A stretch of 64,000 nt of DNA from the human T2T-CHM13v2.0 reference genome, Homo sapiens (GCF_009914755.1 NC_060933.1); one strand, 5' to 3'; counted from the stretch's first letter, positions 1 to 13,636 are shown. Made by a program: numbers and translations. Notes: a model not told the origin generated them from the sequence alone.

Positions 1-590
1 GGGTTTGATCTTTGCCTTTTCTCTCTGACCGCAGAGTGGACCGATCACTTTCCCTTAAGCAGAACTTACAGGCCACCATCACTCTGCTAAAACTAGAATG
101 TGCAAAGCTGCAGGAGACTGGAGAGTGTTCGGCCCAGCCTCTCATTTTACGAAGGAGGAAACTGAGGCCCAGGAGACAGGGAATTGTCTAGGGTCTAACA
201 GCCAGTGAGAGGCAGAGTAGGTCCCAAGCCCTCATCTGCTTTTCCTGCCCTTGTCCCACCGCACCAAGTTGCCTGTCTTCCATGTCATATGGAGAGTGAT
301 AAAGGGACAGGACTACACCTGGAATTACCCTTGGGCTTCTTGCTGAACTAAGTAAATTTGGCTTCACTCTTTGTGACTCAAGGTATAGGAAGGATGAGCC
401 AGAAGGAATGCTGTGTTTTTTCACCTTTTTTTCCCTCGAGAGAGCCGGTGGCTGCCCAGAGTAACTGCAGCATTGCATCCCCTACTTTTTCAGAATCTGA
501 CTTGGCCTTCTCCCCAGCTGCTCTTAAGCCTCGACTGTATTCTTCTTTATCTGGCAACGCCAAATGCATATATTAAGTTTTTGAGTGTGC

Positions 591-797
<207 letters not shown>

Positions 798-1552
798 GTA
801 GCTTTAATATTTAAAATTAGCTAATCTTCAGTGGTTTTCCTAGTTTCCCCTGCCCCACCTGATCCATTCTAAGCATGTTCTTAGGCCTCACAGGTCATTC
901 CTAAGTCTGGTATTTTTCTGATATCACAATATTTAGTTGGGGCTTCTTAGCCTGTTAGAGTTAGTTGTAACTTGGAGATGGCTGGGCTTGAGCCCCTTGC
1001 CTTAGAGATAAGGAAATTCAGATAGTTGTGATTTTCTTGTCTGAGGCAACATAGCTAATTAGAAGCGGAGCTGGGACCAGGACTAGGGCTTTTCCTATGC
1101 CTTCTGTGTGGTGCCTGCCCTCCCTGCCAGCTGACAGATCCAAGAAGGGAACAAGTAATGGAGTAATTTTCTTTCCCATGTAGCAGTTGAGGCAACATTT
1201 GCCAACTCGTTAGATAACAGTACCTGATTTGAATGCCATCTTTATACTCTTATCAGGAATCCACAAATGGATCAGAAAGACCCCAGACTTCCTGGGAGCT
1301 CTGAATGCAGGAGGAGATAACAGTTACACGTGGCAAAGTCTTGCCATTAACTATGGATGTTGTAACTAATTGTAGTTTTGAGTTTGTGCTGCTTCCTGTA
1401 GTTTGAGGCTGTCATCACCCCGACTCCCCAACTCCCATGTAAAATCATCACCTTCCCTTTAGCTGCCTGTGTGGTGCTCATCATTGGCATTCTTAGGTGA
1501 GCTGTTGAATAGTTAATTTGGTTTGCTTTGACTCGGAATGCTACCGGCTCTA

Positions 1553-1966
<414 letters not shown>

Positions 1967-2268
1967 CTACAACAGTCCAGTCTCTCCATGCTTTTTGCAT
2001 GACGCCTCTGATGCACACGATGACTGTAAGGTAGGTGTTGGTCTCCATGTCATGAGTGAGGAAAGTGCGGCTCAGAGAAGCCCAGTGGCCTGTGAAATCA
2101 CAGTGTTCCTCAGGCAGAGCCAGCCCACTCGCTCAGTTATATGCCAGCATCCTTTCTGTTTACCACACTGCATCATCTACCTGGTTGCTAAGCCTTACTT
2201 GTTTTTTTTGACTCTTGTATTCTGCTGAAGGCTTAATTAAACTTTTCTTTTCTGAAATAATTTCATAG

Positions 2269-2343
2269 GTTGATGTTCTTAAGGCAACAGCACTCCCTTT
2301 GTTGAAACAATTTGGGATTGATGGTGAATCATTTGAACTGAAG
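2269..2343 (+). CDS. RCL1: RCL1 internal coding exon (exon 4), VDVLKATALPLLKQFGIDGESFELK
   Basis: tttcatag|GTT acceptor and AAG|gtaaga donor; 75 nt, phase 0/0; peptide recognised as human RCL1. Confidence 0.96.
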
Positions 2344-3255
2344 GTAAGAATGTTTGAACTGTTGACCATATGTTCCTGTGGAAAACATTTTCCCACTGAC
2401 TCATTGGAAGAGCTGTGTGACTCAGTGTATGTGTGTCACATTTGAAGTCACCAGTTATCAGAAGACTCACAGGGCTCATGAAATAAACACTACAGACTTT
2501 GAACTGAAAGGGACCCTTTAGTAATAACAATAGTAGCTGACAGTGATGTTGCACTTCTTTTGCGGTGGGGGCCGTTCTAAGCAGTTTACAAATACTAACT
2601 CCTTTTCTCCTCACAACAGCTCCGCCCATGTGCCTCAGCTAGCAAGCAGTGGAGAATAGATTTGGGCCATATTGGCTCTCTGATCTAAATGATCTGGATA
2701 TAATTTATGTTCAGGGGCTCCCAACCTGGATGTCCCTGAGAATTTTCAGTATTTCCAAAATCTAGTAGAAGTAGTTTAAGCATCTGTATTTTGATGAATT
2801 ATATCAATCCAATGTGGTAAACCGTTTAGCATCTCTGCCTTTTACATTCATGTTTTAAACAGGGGAAATGACTTCATTTTTATTTAATAATGTTTTGGTA
2901 GATCCGTTATTTGCATGGGAGGAGAAAAAGGGGTTTCTGATTATTAAGAAATGGGCTCAGATGATGGACTAGGTCAGCTCCATATTTTAAGGATAAAGAA
3001 GTGACCTGTTCAGGGTTAAAGAGATGAGTGGCAGAGCCACTTGGGTAATCGACTTGGACTTTGACACATGCTGCGCAGGTACTCTCTAGGAGCCAACATA
3101 AGGTGCTGTTGGTCTTGAAGGGAATGACAGATTGAATATGGAAGAGCTGTGCCTTGTAAGGAAGCATCTGCTGGTGTAAACCTTCCTGGGCAGGGTGTCA
3201 GGGTAATCCATTGCTTTGCTGCATCCTCGCCTCATCTTTCTCACTCTCTGTGTAG

Positions 3256-3380
3256 ATTGTGCGACGGGGAATGCCTCCCGGAGGAGGAGGCGAAGTGGTT
3301 TTCTCATGTCCTGTGAGGAAGGTCTTGAAGCCCATTCAACTCACAGATCCAGGAAAAATCAAACGTATTAGAGGAATGGC
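3256..3380 (+). CDS. RCL1: RCL1 exon 5, IVRRGMPPGGGGEVVFSCPVRKVLKPIQLTDPGKIKRIRGM(A)
   Basis: tgtgtag|ATT acceptor; RGxxPxGGGEV motif of the RtcA/Rcl1 family; ends GC|GTATCCTTT (U12 donor); 125 nt, phase 0/2. Confidence 0.96.
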
Positions 3381-3854
3381 GTATCCTTTCCATTTATTTG
3401 GATTTCTTTTTTTGTTGTTGTTGTTGCCTCACTAAGATAAGAATGACTAACAGCTTTACTTCTTCCCGAGGTTATTTACATTTTAGACTACAACTTTGAA
3501 AAGTCTTAGCAGTGAAATTGTAATTGCTGGCTGAGTTAGGATGTTCTGTTATCTGCCTCACCATGACTAGATTGATTGAGTCATTCTTTTTTTTTTTTTT
3601 TTTTAATTTTCCGGTTAACATTTAGGCAAATGGCTCTGATGTATGTGATCCTCTCTCAAGGGCTTTGGTTTGGGGGCCATGAATATACTGCAGTTCCTCC
3701 CTCAGAAGACATCATCATTCGGTGAAGGAACCAAATATGAAAACACACAGTTCTGATATAACATGCAAAATGATATGTGCAGTGGGGTGGGGGCCTGGAG
3801 TAGACAGTGGTCAATTTTGTCTGGAGGACCTAGGGAGGCTGGAGTAATCATAAT

Positions 3855-4075
3855 GAATGATATCTACTATTAAGTATTTACTCTGCATCTACTTCAGTAG
3901 TCACTTTACATGCTTTTAAGCCTCACATTGACCCTTGAGTTCACTTACATCCTTTTTTGCAGATGGGGAAACTGAAGCTTCAAAAGCTTAAGGAATTTCT
4001 TAATAATGTCACACTGCTAATAATGACAGAGCTAGGATTTGAACCTGGTCTGTGTGACTCTAAAGTACAGGCATT
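3855..4075 (-). mobile_element. MIR SINE
   Basis: TTTGCAGATGGGGAAACTGAAGCT core and GAGCTAGGATTTGAACCTGGTCTGTGTGACTC. Confidence 0.75.
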
Positions 4076-7000
4076 TAATTTTTACTTTTGCCTATAGAAA
4101 GGAGCCTTGAAGAACAGAGGATTGCAAAGTAGAGCAAGAAAGGAGGAGGGCTTCAGGCAGAAAAGTGGGCCTGAGCAGAGGTGGCAGTGCACAGTGGTTC
4201 TAGGGAGTGGCAAGTAATGAAGTGTGGCCAGATTTCAGGTTGGTCTATGGCATTTGATGGTAGAATGGGGCATGAAGACAGGCAGGAGCCAGTGAAGAGC
4301 TGAAGGTGGCTGGAATCAGATACTATGCAGAACGCAAAGAAAGGAGGGTGGAACCCTGTGAGGCCACCAAAACTTGAAAGCAAGAGTTAAGTAAGGAGGG
4401 AAGTAAGAGTGGGGAAGAGAATAAACAAAACATAGCTTCCTGGAAGCTCAGGTCAGCACTTTAAAAGGCCCTGAGGAGTTAGCATTGGGGTGGGGGAAAA
4501 GCTGAGGGACTCAGCAGCAGGCTGTCACTGATGCCCTGGGGAAGAGTGCTGGATCCCGATCCCAAGGGACTAATTCTGGGTTGTGGAGTGAAGGGGAGGG
4601 AAACAGCGGCTTGTGGGGACCACTCTTTACAGAACCTTGACAGGAAAGAGAAGGAGAAGGAAGGATGAGGGAGTAACTTGATGAAGCGAGAGTCAGGGAG
4701 ACTCCCTCCCTTTTACAAAAAGATTGGTAAGGATTTGAGTGTTTTTGTAGGTTGTTAATGTAGATGAAGCAAAGTAATGAGCTGATTAAAAGCCCAGGTG
4801 CTGGAGTCAGAAAGACGTGGGTGCCGACGCTGGCTGCGCCACTTACCAATGGAAGCATTTGGCCGTAAGCCTTGGTTGCCCGTATATCTTTAGTCCTGTT
4901 ATAACTGCTGTGCGAGACTGTCATGAAGGTAAAATGAGATCGTAGTTGCACAGTAGGAGGCACTGGTGTGTAAGTAGCATTGGGTAAATGGTTACTACTA
5001 TTCTTTTTATTCTTACTTGAGAGGGGATGGATTCAAGGCCACAGGCATACGGTAAGGGTGGCTCCAGGTAGAGCTGTGTGGAGGTGAGTGGAAGGGGGTT
5101 GGGATGAGTTTTCAGTTGTTACCGAGTTAGGATGGGATTGAGGGTAAGGGGATGGGCGGGGTAGGATAAGAGAGTGTGACAAGGATGGTAAAGATGTGCC
5201 TTCACAGGGGAGCATCATAACTGAAGATAAGAAAAAGGCTGTGTTCCAGCAGTAAGGTCCTTGCTGAAGGTGTAATGTTAACACAGTGCCAGCTGCATGG
5301 CCATGTGGCTATATCCAGTGGCAGTTGGCAGCCTAGAGGGAGGAGTAGAGAACGTGGGAGGACCAATTTCATCCAAGGTTGGATGCAGGTTGGCAAGGTG
5401 GGTGGGTCCTACAGGAGGACAGTTGGAGGGTGGGTGCTGGAGCATTGGGAAGTACATTCCTCACTGAGGATTGTCACAGGGGCTCACCAGCCTGGACAAA
5501 GCAGGTCAAGGGATGAGAAACTTTAACAGGCTTAAAGATCAGATCTAGTGGAAATAGATACATGTACTGTGTAGGACAAGAGATTGTGTTTAGGGAGTTT
5601 TGTTTTGGGATTTCAGATATTAAAAGTGGTAAAATTCTAGGTGCTGACAGGATCTGGGTGGGAGCAGGTGTTGGAGGCCGTAGAGCAAGACAGGCTGTGG
5701 GATGACTTTCCTGGCGGGAGTGTGACAAGGAGGGCAGACCAGAAAGCCTGCTTGTCAGGGCGGGGGTGGGTGCTTAAGGTCGGGTTTTGTGTTCTCAGGA
5801 GGTTTGGCAATGGTATTACTTGGAGGAAGAAAGGTGTAGCGTGGACTGTCTTTTCAGAGGCCTCGAATAGCTTGAACAGTAAGTGGTGAAGGGCAGGGAG
5901 TAGGGTGGGCTGCAGAGCCATGTGTAGAGAGAGTGCTGGTTAAGATAGAAGCTCAAACTTGGGTTGCTGCCTGAAGTTCTTTTTAAGGATCATCAAAACC
6001 ACAGGAATACATAATAACAAAGCCTTCCTGGATTATGGTCTGTTCTCTGCATGGCTGTCCCCCAGCCCATGTAAGCGCCCAGCCTTGTGTGTACCAGGAG
6101 AGAACAGGCAAAAGGAGAAATGGTTCCTTTCCTAGGAGCCCCCAGGTTGATGCATAGTTACATTGCCCAGGTGACTTTCTAAGGTGATATTCAACTCTAG
6201 TATCCAAATCCGAGGAGCTGGAATAAGGTTAATTAGGTTACAAAGAAATGGAAATGCAATGTAACTAGGTGTGTGTTTTTGAAACCAAATGTGCCTTTTC
6301 TACTTGAATTCATTCTTATTAACAGATGCATTGTATTCCACCATATATAGAACCCAAAATCAAATCCTGTTGATGGCCATTGAGTTGTTTTTTGCTTTTC
6401 ACTGTTGCCAAATACACTGCGGTTAATGGCTTTAACCACAACATTTTTGGCAATGGTGAAAAAAAGTGTAATAAGTGTATAGGAATACACTTTCCAATAC
6501 ATTCCAATAAGTGTACAGGAATACACTTTCAGTACTATTTTGGGTTTGTCTGGGGGGTAGTTGTTTTTTTTCCTCCTTATTTGAGATGTGTTTCCTTAAT
6601 GCTGTATTGGCGGCCGTGAACTTTGTTTGGAATCCAGTCTCTGTAGTCTGGAAATGTGATTTCTGGCAGTGTGCTCTGTTTTGACACAATCTTGTCATAA
6701 CAACATGGGTTTCATCACAGTGGGGTCCCCCTTGTTCTCTCTGGGTGTGCAGATGGTCGTGTCCTTTGATGATGATGCTGGGAAATGGGGAAGGGCTTTC
6801 CAGGGGAGAACATAAAAGTTAAAAGAGCTGTAGTGCCGGGCACCTTGGGTGTAACTATGTTCCTCCCTGGCTTCTCCCTCTAATGTTCTTGGAACCTTCC
6901 CTGTGTAGAATCTGAGCCAGGAAGAGACTTGTGAGGTCCCAAGTTCCTCCCTCCCTGGAGGCAGGGGATAGGACATGGAAATCATCCCCAATATATCTCT

Positions 7001-7994
7001 GACTGGTTGAGGCTTCCTCCTGGCTCCCCAGGAGAGTTGACACAGTGCCCTTTCTCAGATCCCTGTCTGTTAACCAAACATTTCAGCCACTGCTCTGCAG
7101 AGCTGCCCATTTCACAAACACCTCAAAGGAATGTTGGTTTGAATGGAGATCGCCCTCTTCTCCAGTTTTGGAGCCTGGGAAAAAAGAGCTGCCTTTGGAA
7201 AAAGCTTGAGTTGGTTTTGTGGTTTTTTTCCTTGCAAGGCTGGTTGACTACTGGACTAAGCTTGGAGGTTGTATTTCCCATGGGAGGGCTCAGACTGGGA
7301 GAAAGAGGCCCACTCTCTTGTGTGCATTTGTGGTTTTAACTGAATTACTTCCAAAGTGCATCTTTTCCCTCTTGCATTCTACAAGATGACCTACCAGCCA
7401 GGGCCCAGAGGGAGCTGGTGTTGGTTCCTGCCAGCAGCTGTGACTACACAGTAGTTACCTTTTACTTAATGCCACCCACTCTTTCTCACCCCTGCCTTAT
7501 GTGGGGCGTAAGAGAAAGGAACATTCTGTTTTAGTTTTGCAGTGCTGTCCTAGGAGCTCATGATTTGGTACATGAGAATTAAGTGAAAAAGCTGGCAGTA
7601 AAGGGGGATAAGTTGGAATTCGTGGGATAATCTAGTTTCTTTTCCTTGACTGTAGGAAAGGTACTTTGAGAATCAAGCTCTCTCTCCACCTACTGTAACA
7701 TACACACACACCCCTCTTAGCTTTCTCTGACATGGAACATTGGGGAAGGGGAAGAGTGGGAGTCCCATATGGACTGTAGCTATGGACTTGTACATTGGTA
7801 TTGGTTCTTAATATGGTTTTCATAAATGGGCTTTAGGAGGTTCATAAACCTGAAAAATTTTCTGCAAGATTGTGAGTATATATGTTTCTCAGGAGAGGGT
7901 CCATAGCTTTCATCAGATTCTCAGAGAGTTCTCTGATTCTTGAAAGAATAAGAACCTCTGCTTGGGATTTGAATCTTGGATAAGTAATAAAGAA

Positions 7995-8215
7995 AAGCAA
8001 TAGCTGACATTTGTTGGGCTCCTACTACACACTAGGCATTAAGAGCTTTACATGCATTTTATTTCATTTGTGCCTCCAAACTCTGTGAGGAAAGTGTTAT
8101 GATTATCCTTCTTTTACTGATTAGGAAATGACAGCACAGAGAAGTTACCACAATTAACCTGGAGTGATGCAGCTTGCTGGAGCTTGGACTTGAACGGAGA
8201 TAATCTGATTCTAGA
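7995..8215 (-). mobile_element. MIR SINE
   Basis: Degenerate MIR core and tRNA-derived head (GGACTTGAAC...TCTGATTCTAGA). Confidence 0.65.
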
Positions 8216-10343
8216 ACTTGGGGGCTGTTAGCCATTCCTTAGTAGGACATCCATGCCAAGCCAGATGGTTCTAAGCAACTGGCTTTAAAGTTCCTTTGCC
8301 TTCTTCATTTCATTGCCTGAGTTCTAGTATAGGATTCTGTAGGCCCTGAATTCGTACTGTTTGTTAACCTTCGTGTTTTTGTATTGGGATGGGTGAGAGG
8401 AGGAAGATGCTTTTTGGGAGTCAGATCTGTTTAATTTTGAGCAAGTGTCTTAGTTTTTTTGTCTTAGTTGTCTTTAATGTAAGTCCTAGAACTCGGAGCC
8501 ATGGCCCTCAACACAGGGTTACTGTGAGCATAAAGTAAGGTGATAATAGATGTGAAAGAACTTTGGGAGCCGTGAGCTCTGTGGGATTATGTGCTAGGAT
8601 GGTGACATCTCTTGTGCTTTCCCGGGGACAGTGGGCAGCCTCAGACCTCAGAAGGACAGCACCTACTTGGTCCAAAGGGTATGAGATTCAGGACTGTTTG
8701 TCTAAGCTGTCTGTGGTCAAAAGTACATTCTGGACTGAAGAGATGGTGATGTAACTGGGCTGTGTGTGTATTGAAAAATCCCTCTTTGCTCTTTCCTCAT
8801 TTCAGGTTTGTCCTTTGAGTCAAGTTAAATATTTATTGAGCATTTCTGAGTACAAAAGTGGTGTATTGGAGAGTTGGGAGGGATTACAGAGGTAAAGCCC
8901 TTGCCCTTATAGAGTGTGTGGTCTCATTGAAGAGCAAGAACAAAATGTGCATATGTGAAGAGAGATGTATGGTAAGTTCAAGTGGAGCTAACACTTGGGT
9001 GCCGGCTGGAGGGTTTCAGGAGAGAGATTGGGACCTCGGGCTGGGAGAATGGGGCAAAGCAGCTCAGGTTGAGGAATTTGGTCAGTTTGGATGGGTGGAA
9101 GGAGTTGATGGTGCAGAGCTGAAGATGGACACAACTGAGCAGGCTGGGGGCTCTAACAACAAGATATGGGAGGATCAGGAGCCACCGAGAGACTGTCACC
9201 AGCATGAGGAAGATTGGTCTTTTAGTATGAAGTTCAGGATGGGTCAAAAAAGGGAGCTAGATACCAGATCAGGTCATGTATCGTCTCTGAGCACTTTGTT
9301 TCTGCAGTTCAGATGAAAATTAAATATGTTATTGTCAGCAGTTCTTGAACATTGGGCTGGATTGGGCAGATTATATACCTCGTTCTACCTGTTGGACTTG
9401 TCACGTGGGGTTTGTATCAGGGTAGTGGGAAGGTCACATGTTATTTCTCCATTTTTTTAGTTCCAAATATATAGCCATCTCTTGACCATACATTGCACAT
9501 TGAAGTGCTCAATACATACTTACTTTTTCTTTGACATGTGTGGTTGGGGAATGCCAGCTTCTGTTATAAAGTCTAGTTTTAGGCAATAATTTCCATTTCC
9601 TCAAGCACCAATCTTTTCACTTGAGTTACTAATATCTTCCTCCTTTCTTTTCTGGGGTGCCCTATTGTAGGAGTGCTAATTATCAATATTTTAACCATAA
9701 GGTAGCAGGTGTGAGGAGGCTGTGTTATCCACAAGTGGAGTAATTAATTCTTAAATAGTAGAAAATAGGCCCTGTAAATGAGAAAAACCTTTTTATATAT
9801 TTATAAATAGCAGCAACCATGTTCTTTCACTGAACTTTTTCTGCTTCTCCCATCAGCATACCAGGAGTCAGATTGGGATCGCCCAGGTCCTGTGTGGTGT
9901 CTGTTCTGGGCTTAGGTTCTTAAGAGAGAGACTCATTGGCTACAGCAGTGGGAATGGACAGAGAATAGAAAGTGTTCTTAGGTGTTGTACTTCAGAGGGA
10001 GCCTGGATCATGACCCGCAGAGAGGCAGGTGTCTTTACACCTTCCAAAATTGACTTGAACCATTTCTAGGGGAAGCGTGTGGGTAGGAAGTCAGGGGGTG
10101 GGGTTGAGGACCTCCAGCTTTATACTTTCCACTGTCTCTATTGTTTGGGTGTTTTTGCCATGACCTTTTATAATAATGAAAAAAATTTAATTATGGTACT
10201 AATTCAGTAAATTCAGTTGGAAAACAATAGATTTGGAAGTCCCAGTTTGTTACTACAGTTCCACAAATACTTGCCAGCTTTATAACTGATTTTTCTCTGT
10301 CCTGGAATTCAAGCAGAATGACATCCTTAACTCCAGGCTGCAG

Positions 10344-10469
10344 GTACTCTGTACGTGTGTCACCTCAGATGGCGAACCGGATTGTGGATTCTGCAAGGAG
10401 CATCCTCAACAAGTTCATACCTGATATCTATATTTACACAGATCACATGAAAGGAGTCAACTCTGGGAA
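10344..10469 (+). CDS. RCL1: RCL1 exon 6, YSVRVSPQMANRIVDSARSILNKFIPDIYIYTDHMKGVNSG(K)
   Basis: GC+G gives Ala in frame with exon 5; AA|gtaagt donor; 126 nt, phase 2/2. Confidence 0.96.
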
Positions 10470-13400
10470 GTAAGTATCTGTGTTTTTGAAGTCTGTTTCT
10501 GCAGCTTTTTCACATGCCTGTTCTAGTTGAAGTTAAAACTGCCAGCTCTGAGGTTGCGCAGCCAGAGGAAGAACAATTTCAGAATTAATTTCTTTCTGCC
10601 TTATTGCCGTTGTCACCAACAGGCATTTCTTGAGTGCCTGTCACATGGAAAGCATCCCAGTGGCTAGAGCTGGAAGCTAAGGGTCTGGTTCCTAGCCTTG
10701 GGGAATTAAAACCTTTATCTATTAATACACAATGCTTTAGGCTTTAAATTCCATCTGCACTCTGTTCCAACAAAAAAATTAAAGTGGACAGGTTCTTCCA
10801 CCCTGAGTAAATAACAGTATAGGGTTAAAATCTTTTGTTATCTAAGTGTAAGTCAGCATCTCTCTTCATCAGTGGAAACAACATATTTACATCCAGAGAA
10901 AGTTGTTATTGCAGACGTGAATTTGGTTTAGTGAAAGCCTTTGCTTTGCTAAAAAATAAAAATTTTAAAAATTAGAAAAAAATTCTAAATAAGGAAAATA
11001 AGTTCTTAAAAAATGATGCTCTATGTAATGAAGATACCTGTTTTAGGCTTTGCTTGTGTATTTAGCAACTAGGAAGTTAGAGAAGCAATTAAAGCCACTT
11101 TCTTAAAATAGGAAAGTGTTAAACATACAGAAAAGATCAAAGAATAGTACAGTGAACACGGAGATATACTCCCGCTGCCTATAGTTAACGATAAATATTT
11201 TGCCAAATTTGCTTCACTTGTTTGTGGGTTTTGTTTGTTTTTGTTTTTTACTGAATCATTTCAGTGTGAATGGGCATCATTTCACTTCAAATCTGAGGCT
11301 TTGCAGGTTGTGTCTCCTAAAAATAAGAATATTAGAGTCTGGGGTTAACTGTTGTAGGTTAAGAAGTCAACTTCTTCTTAAGTGATGCCACAGCTGATCC
11401 TTTTTCACAGCTGTTTCACCTGTGGTTTCTTTTAATTTCAGCAAAAAGAGGAAAAGAGAGTAAAGGAGGGGGGTGAGTGTTTTATACAACCTTTGACCTT
11501 TATAAGGCCCAATGGAAAGATGAAGGTAGTTTTAGAAATACAGTGGAGGCTCATAGTCCAAAGCAACAAAGCTGGTGGCGTCATAACGCTGGGGTTGGGA
11601 AAGGATTTGTGGGCAAAGCTGGACTTTCTGGCTTGGAAAAGTCAATGATGTTCCTAAACCTTTGGTTTATATTCTAGTAACAACAGTATTTTCCTCATTT
11701 ATGCATTGAGGGTGATGATGCCTATGTTTTGGGGTTATTGTAAAGATCACACATATAAGCCATTAATACCTTGCTTGTCACGTGGTAAGTCCTACAGAAA
11801 TGGTAGCTCCTGATGCTGTTCTTTCCTTTACTCTCCCTTGTTGGCCACAGGTCTGGAATTATGTGTCAGCTATTTTCTGGAGAAGGGGGATTTCCGAGGG
11901 ATGGGGGAGGACAGATAGCAGCAGAAGCTGTCTAAATGGCTTCATCTCGATAGTCCCTTCTCTGCTTTGCCTCTCGCTTTATCAGAAAGTGTCCTGGCAT
12001 GAAGCAGAGCAGGCCTGACAGCCATCCTGCCACCAGCTTATAGTGTGGCTTTTTGTTATACCACTGACTCAGCTGACCGTAGAGTGTGGTCAAGTCCATA
12101 CTTACTAATGGTGAGTAGAAGCCTTACACGTAGATAAAGACATGGACATGATGTAGACTGTGGGCCATCAACTCCAAGCCCCATTTTAAAAATTACATGT
12201 AAAACCAATGTGGGATTTAAATTTGTGTTTGGTTTTTTTAAATCTCCAGTTACAGATGACTAATAGTGCTCTTCCTTCTCTGTTATTAAAATTATAAAGT
12301 CATGGATGGGTATTTCTCTCTTCTGATTCAGTGAAGTATCCAGTAAGTCAGGCTTGTTCAGATGTAAGAGTTTATGTTGTGGCCATGGCCTAGAACCTTA
12401 GGGGACAGCACTTCTTGGTGGCCTATGTCAGCGCTTTGGCCAGAATGCACATCAGTCCAGTGTGGTCCCATTTTAACTCTCACAGTAATTTTTTTTTTTC
12501 TTAATTGGGTCCTTTACCAAGGAAAGCTGTGGAGGCTGGCCTTTGCAAACTATACCAGTGCATATCTCTAATGAGGTCACCTGATGACCAGCAGCTTGGT
12601 CAGCCTAACTTGAAATAGGCCTGATAACACATATTTCCCACAAGTTGGGAAGAAAAATTAGAGTAATTTACATAGAACCTAATATATATTCTTTGTCTTT
12701 TCTAAAGTTACTTAAATTGTGTTAAATGGAATAATTCTGATTAAATATAAAGTTTATCGTAATGACAAATACACCTTAGAAAACTCACACAGATGGAAAT
12801 TCTTGGGAAATGCAGGTAAATGGGTAAAGCAGCAGTGGCACCTTGTCTTGCTTTCTCTCCCCTTCATCTTCTAATCTTCACTTTTGTATGCCACTGCCTG
12901 CAGCCACTGCTGGACACCCTCTCACTTCTGCTGGTCAGGTGACTCAAAGGCAATTTGGGATTATGCTAAAATTCTCTAGGTGTCCCATGATGATAGGTGG
13001 ATAGCACAGTGTTAGATTGTTAAGCATAACTCAGAGTGCCTCCCAGAACCTTTGATGAAATGGGTAACTCACTGCACCCCCTTTCCTTGGCAGGTGTTGT
13101 TAACCTTCGACTGCATAGACAAGCAAATTTTTTTTTTCCTTAAGAATCTAAGGACTGACTAACATAGTTCTTCTATATAGTGAGCTCATATAGTGCATTC
13201 GAAACATTAATTTTATACATAGTTTTAGTGAAACAAGTATTTTGGCTAGTCTCCTGCCAGACACATAGAAAGTATTGTGTGAGCGTGTGTTGAGTTGTGT
13301 TAAAGGGGGCAGGTCTGTGTTGTGGTTGCATACGGATTGTACTGCTGGGAAGGCCGCCACACCTTTCCTGTTGATGTGTCTACTTAACAGTCATTGGGAA

Positions 13401-13636
13401 AGTAGAATTGAGCTGTCAAATCTTAAAATTTTGTGGAGAGATGCTTGTTTTTGGACTGATTTTCTTTTCTGGTCAGCTAGTAAACTAGTAGCAACTCTAT
13501 GAGGTTAATGCAGCCAGAAAGAAGCCTTTGAACACAGTGCCGTCAAAAAAAATGTTTGTCTTCTCTTTCCATTTGCTGGTGAGTGGAAACCTCACTTGGT
13601 TAAACCTACTCAGTGTTTTTGCCTTTGTATCTCCAG

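Larger units (their letters stand above)
3381..10343 (+). other. RCL1: U12-type (minor spliceosome) GT-AG intron of RCL1
   Basis: 5'ss GTATCCTTT at 3381-3389; branch site TCCTTAAC at 10324-10331, 12 nt before the end of the intron (CAG 10341-10343); no polypyrimidine tract between branch site and AG. Confidence 0.93.

Noticed and set aside
8858-9316. 152-aa + strand ORF in the U12 intron
   Set aside because: Non-ATG start, L2-like G-rich sequence and no recognisable homology; only its splice signals were kept as a finding
10331-10336. CTCCAG as the exon 6 acceptor
   Set aside because: Too close to the U12 branch site and would shift the frame relative to exon 5
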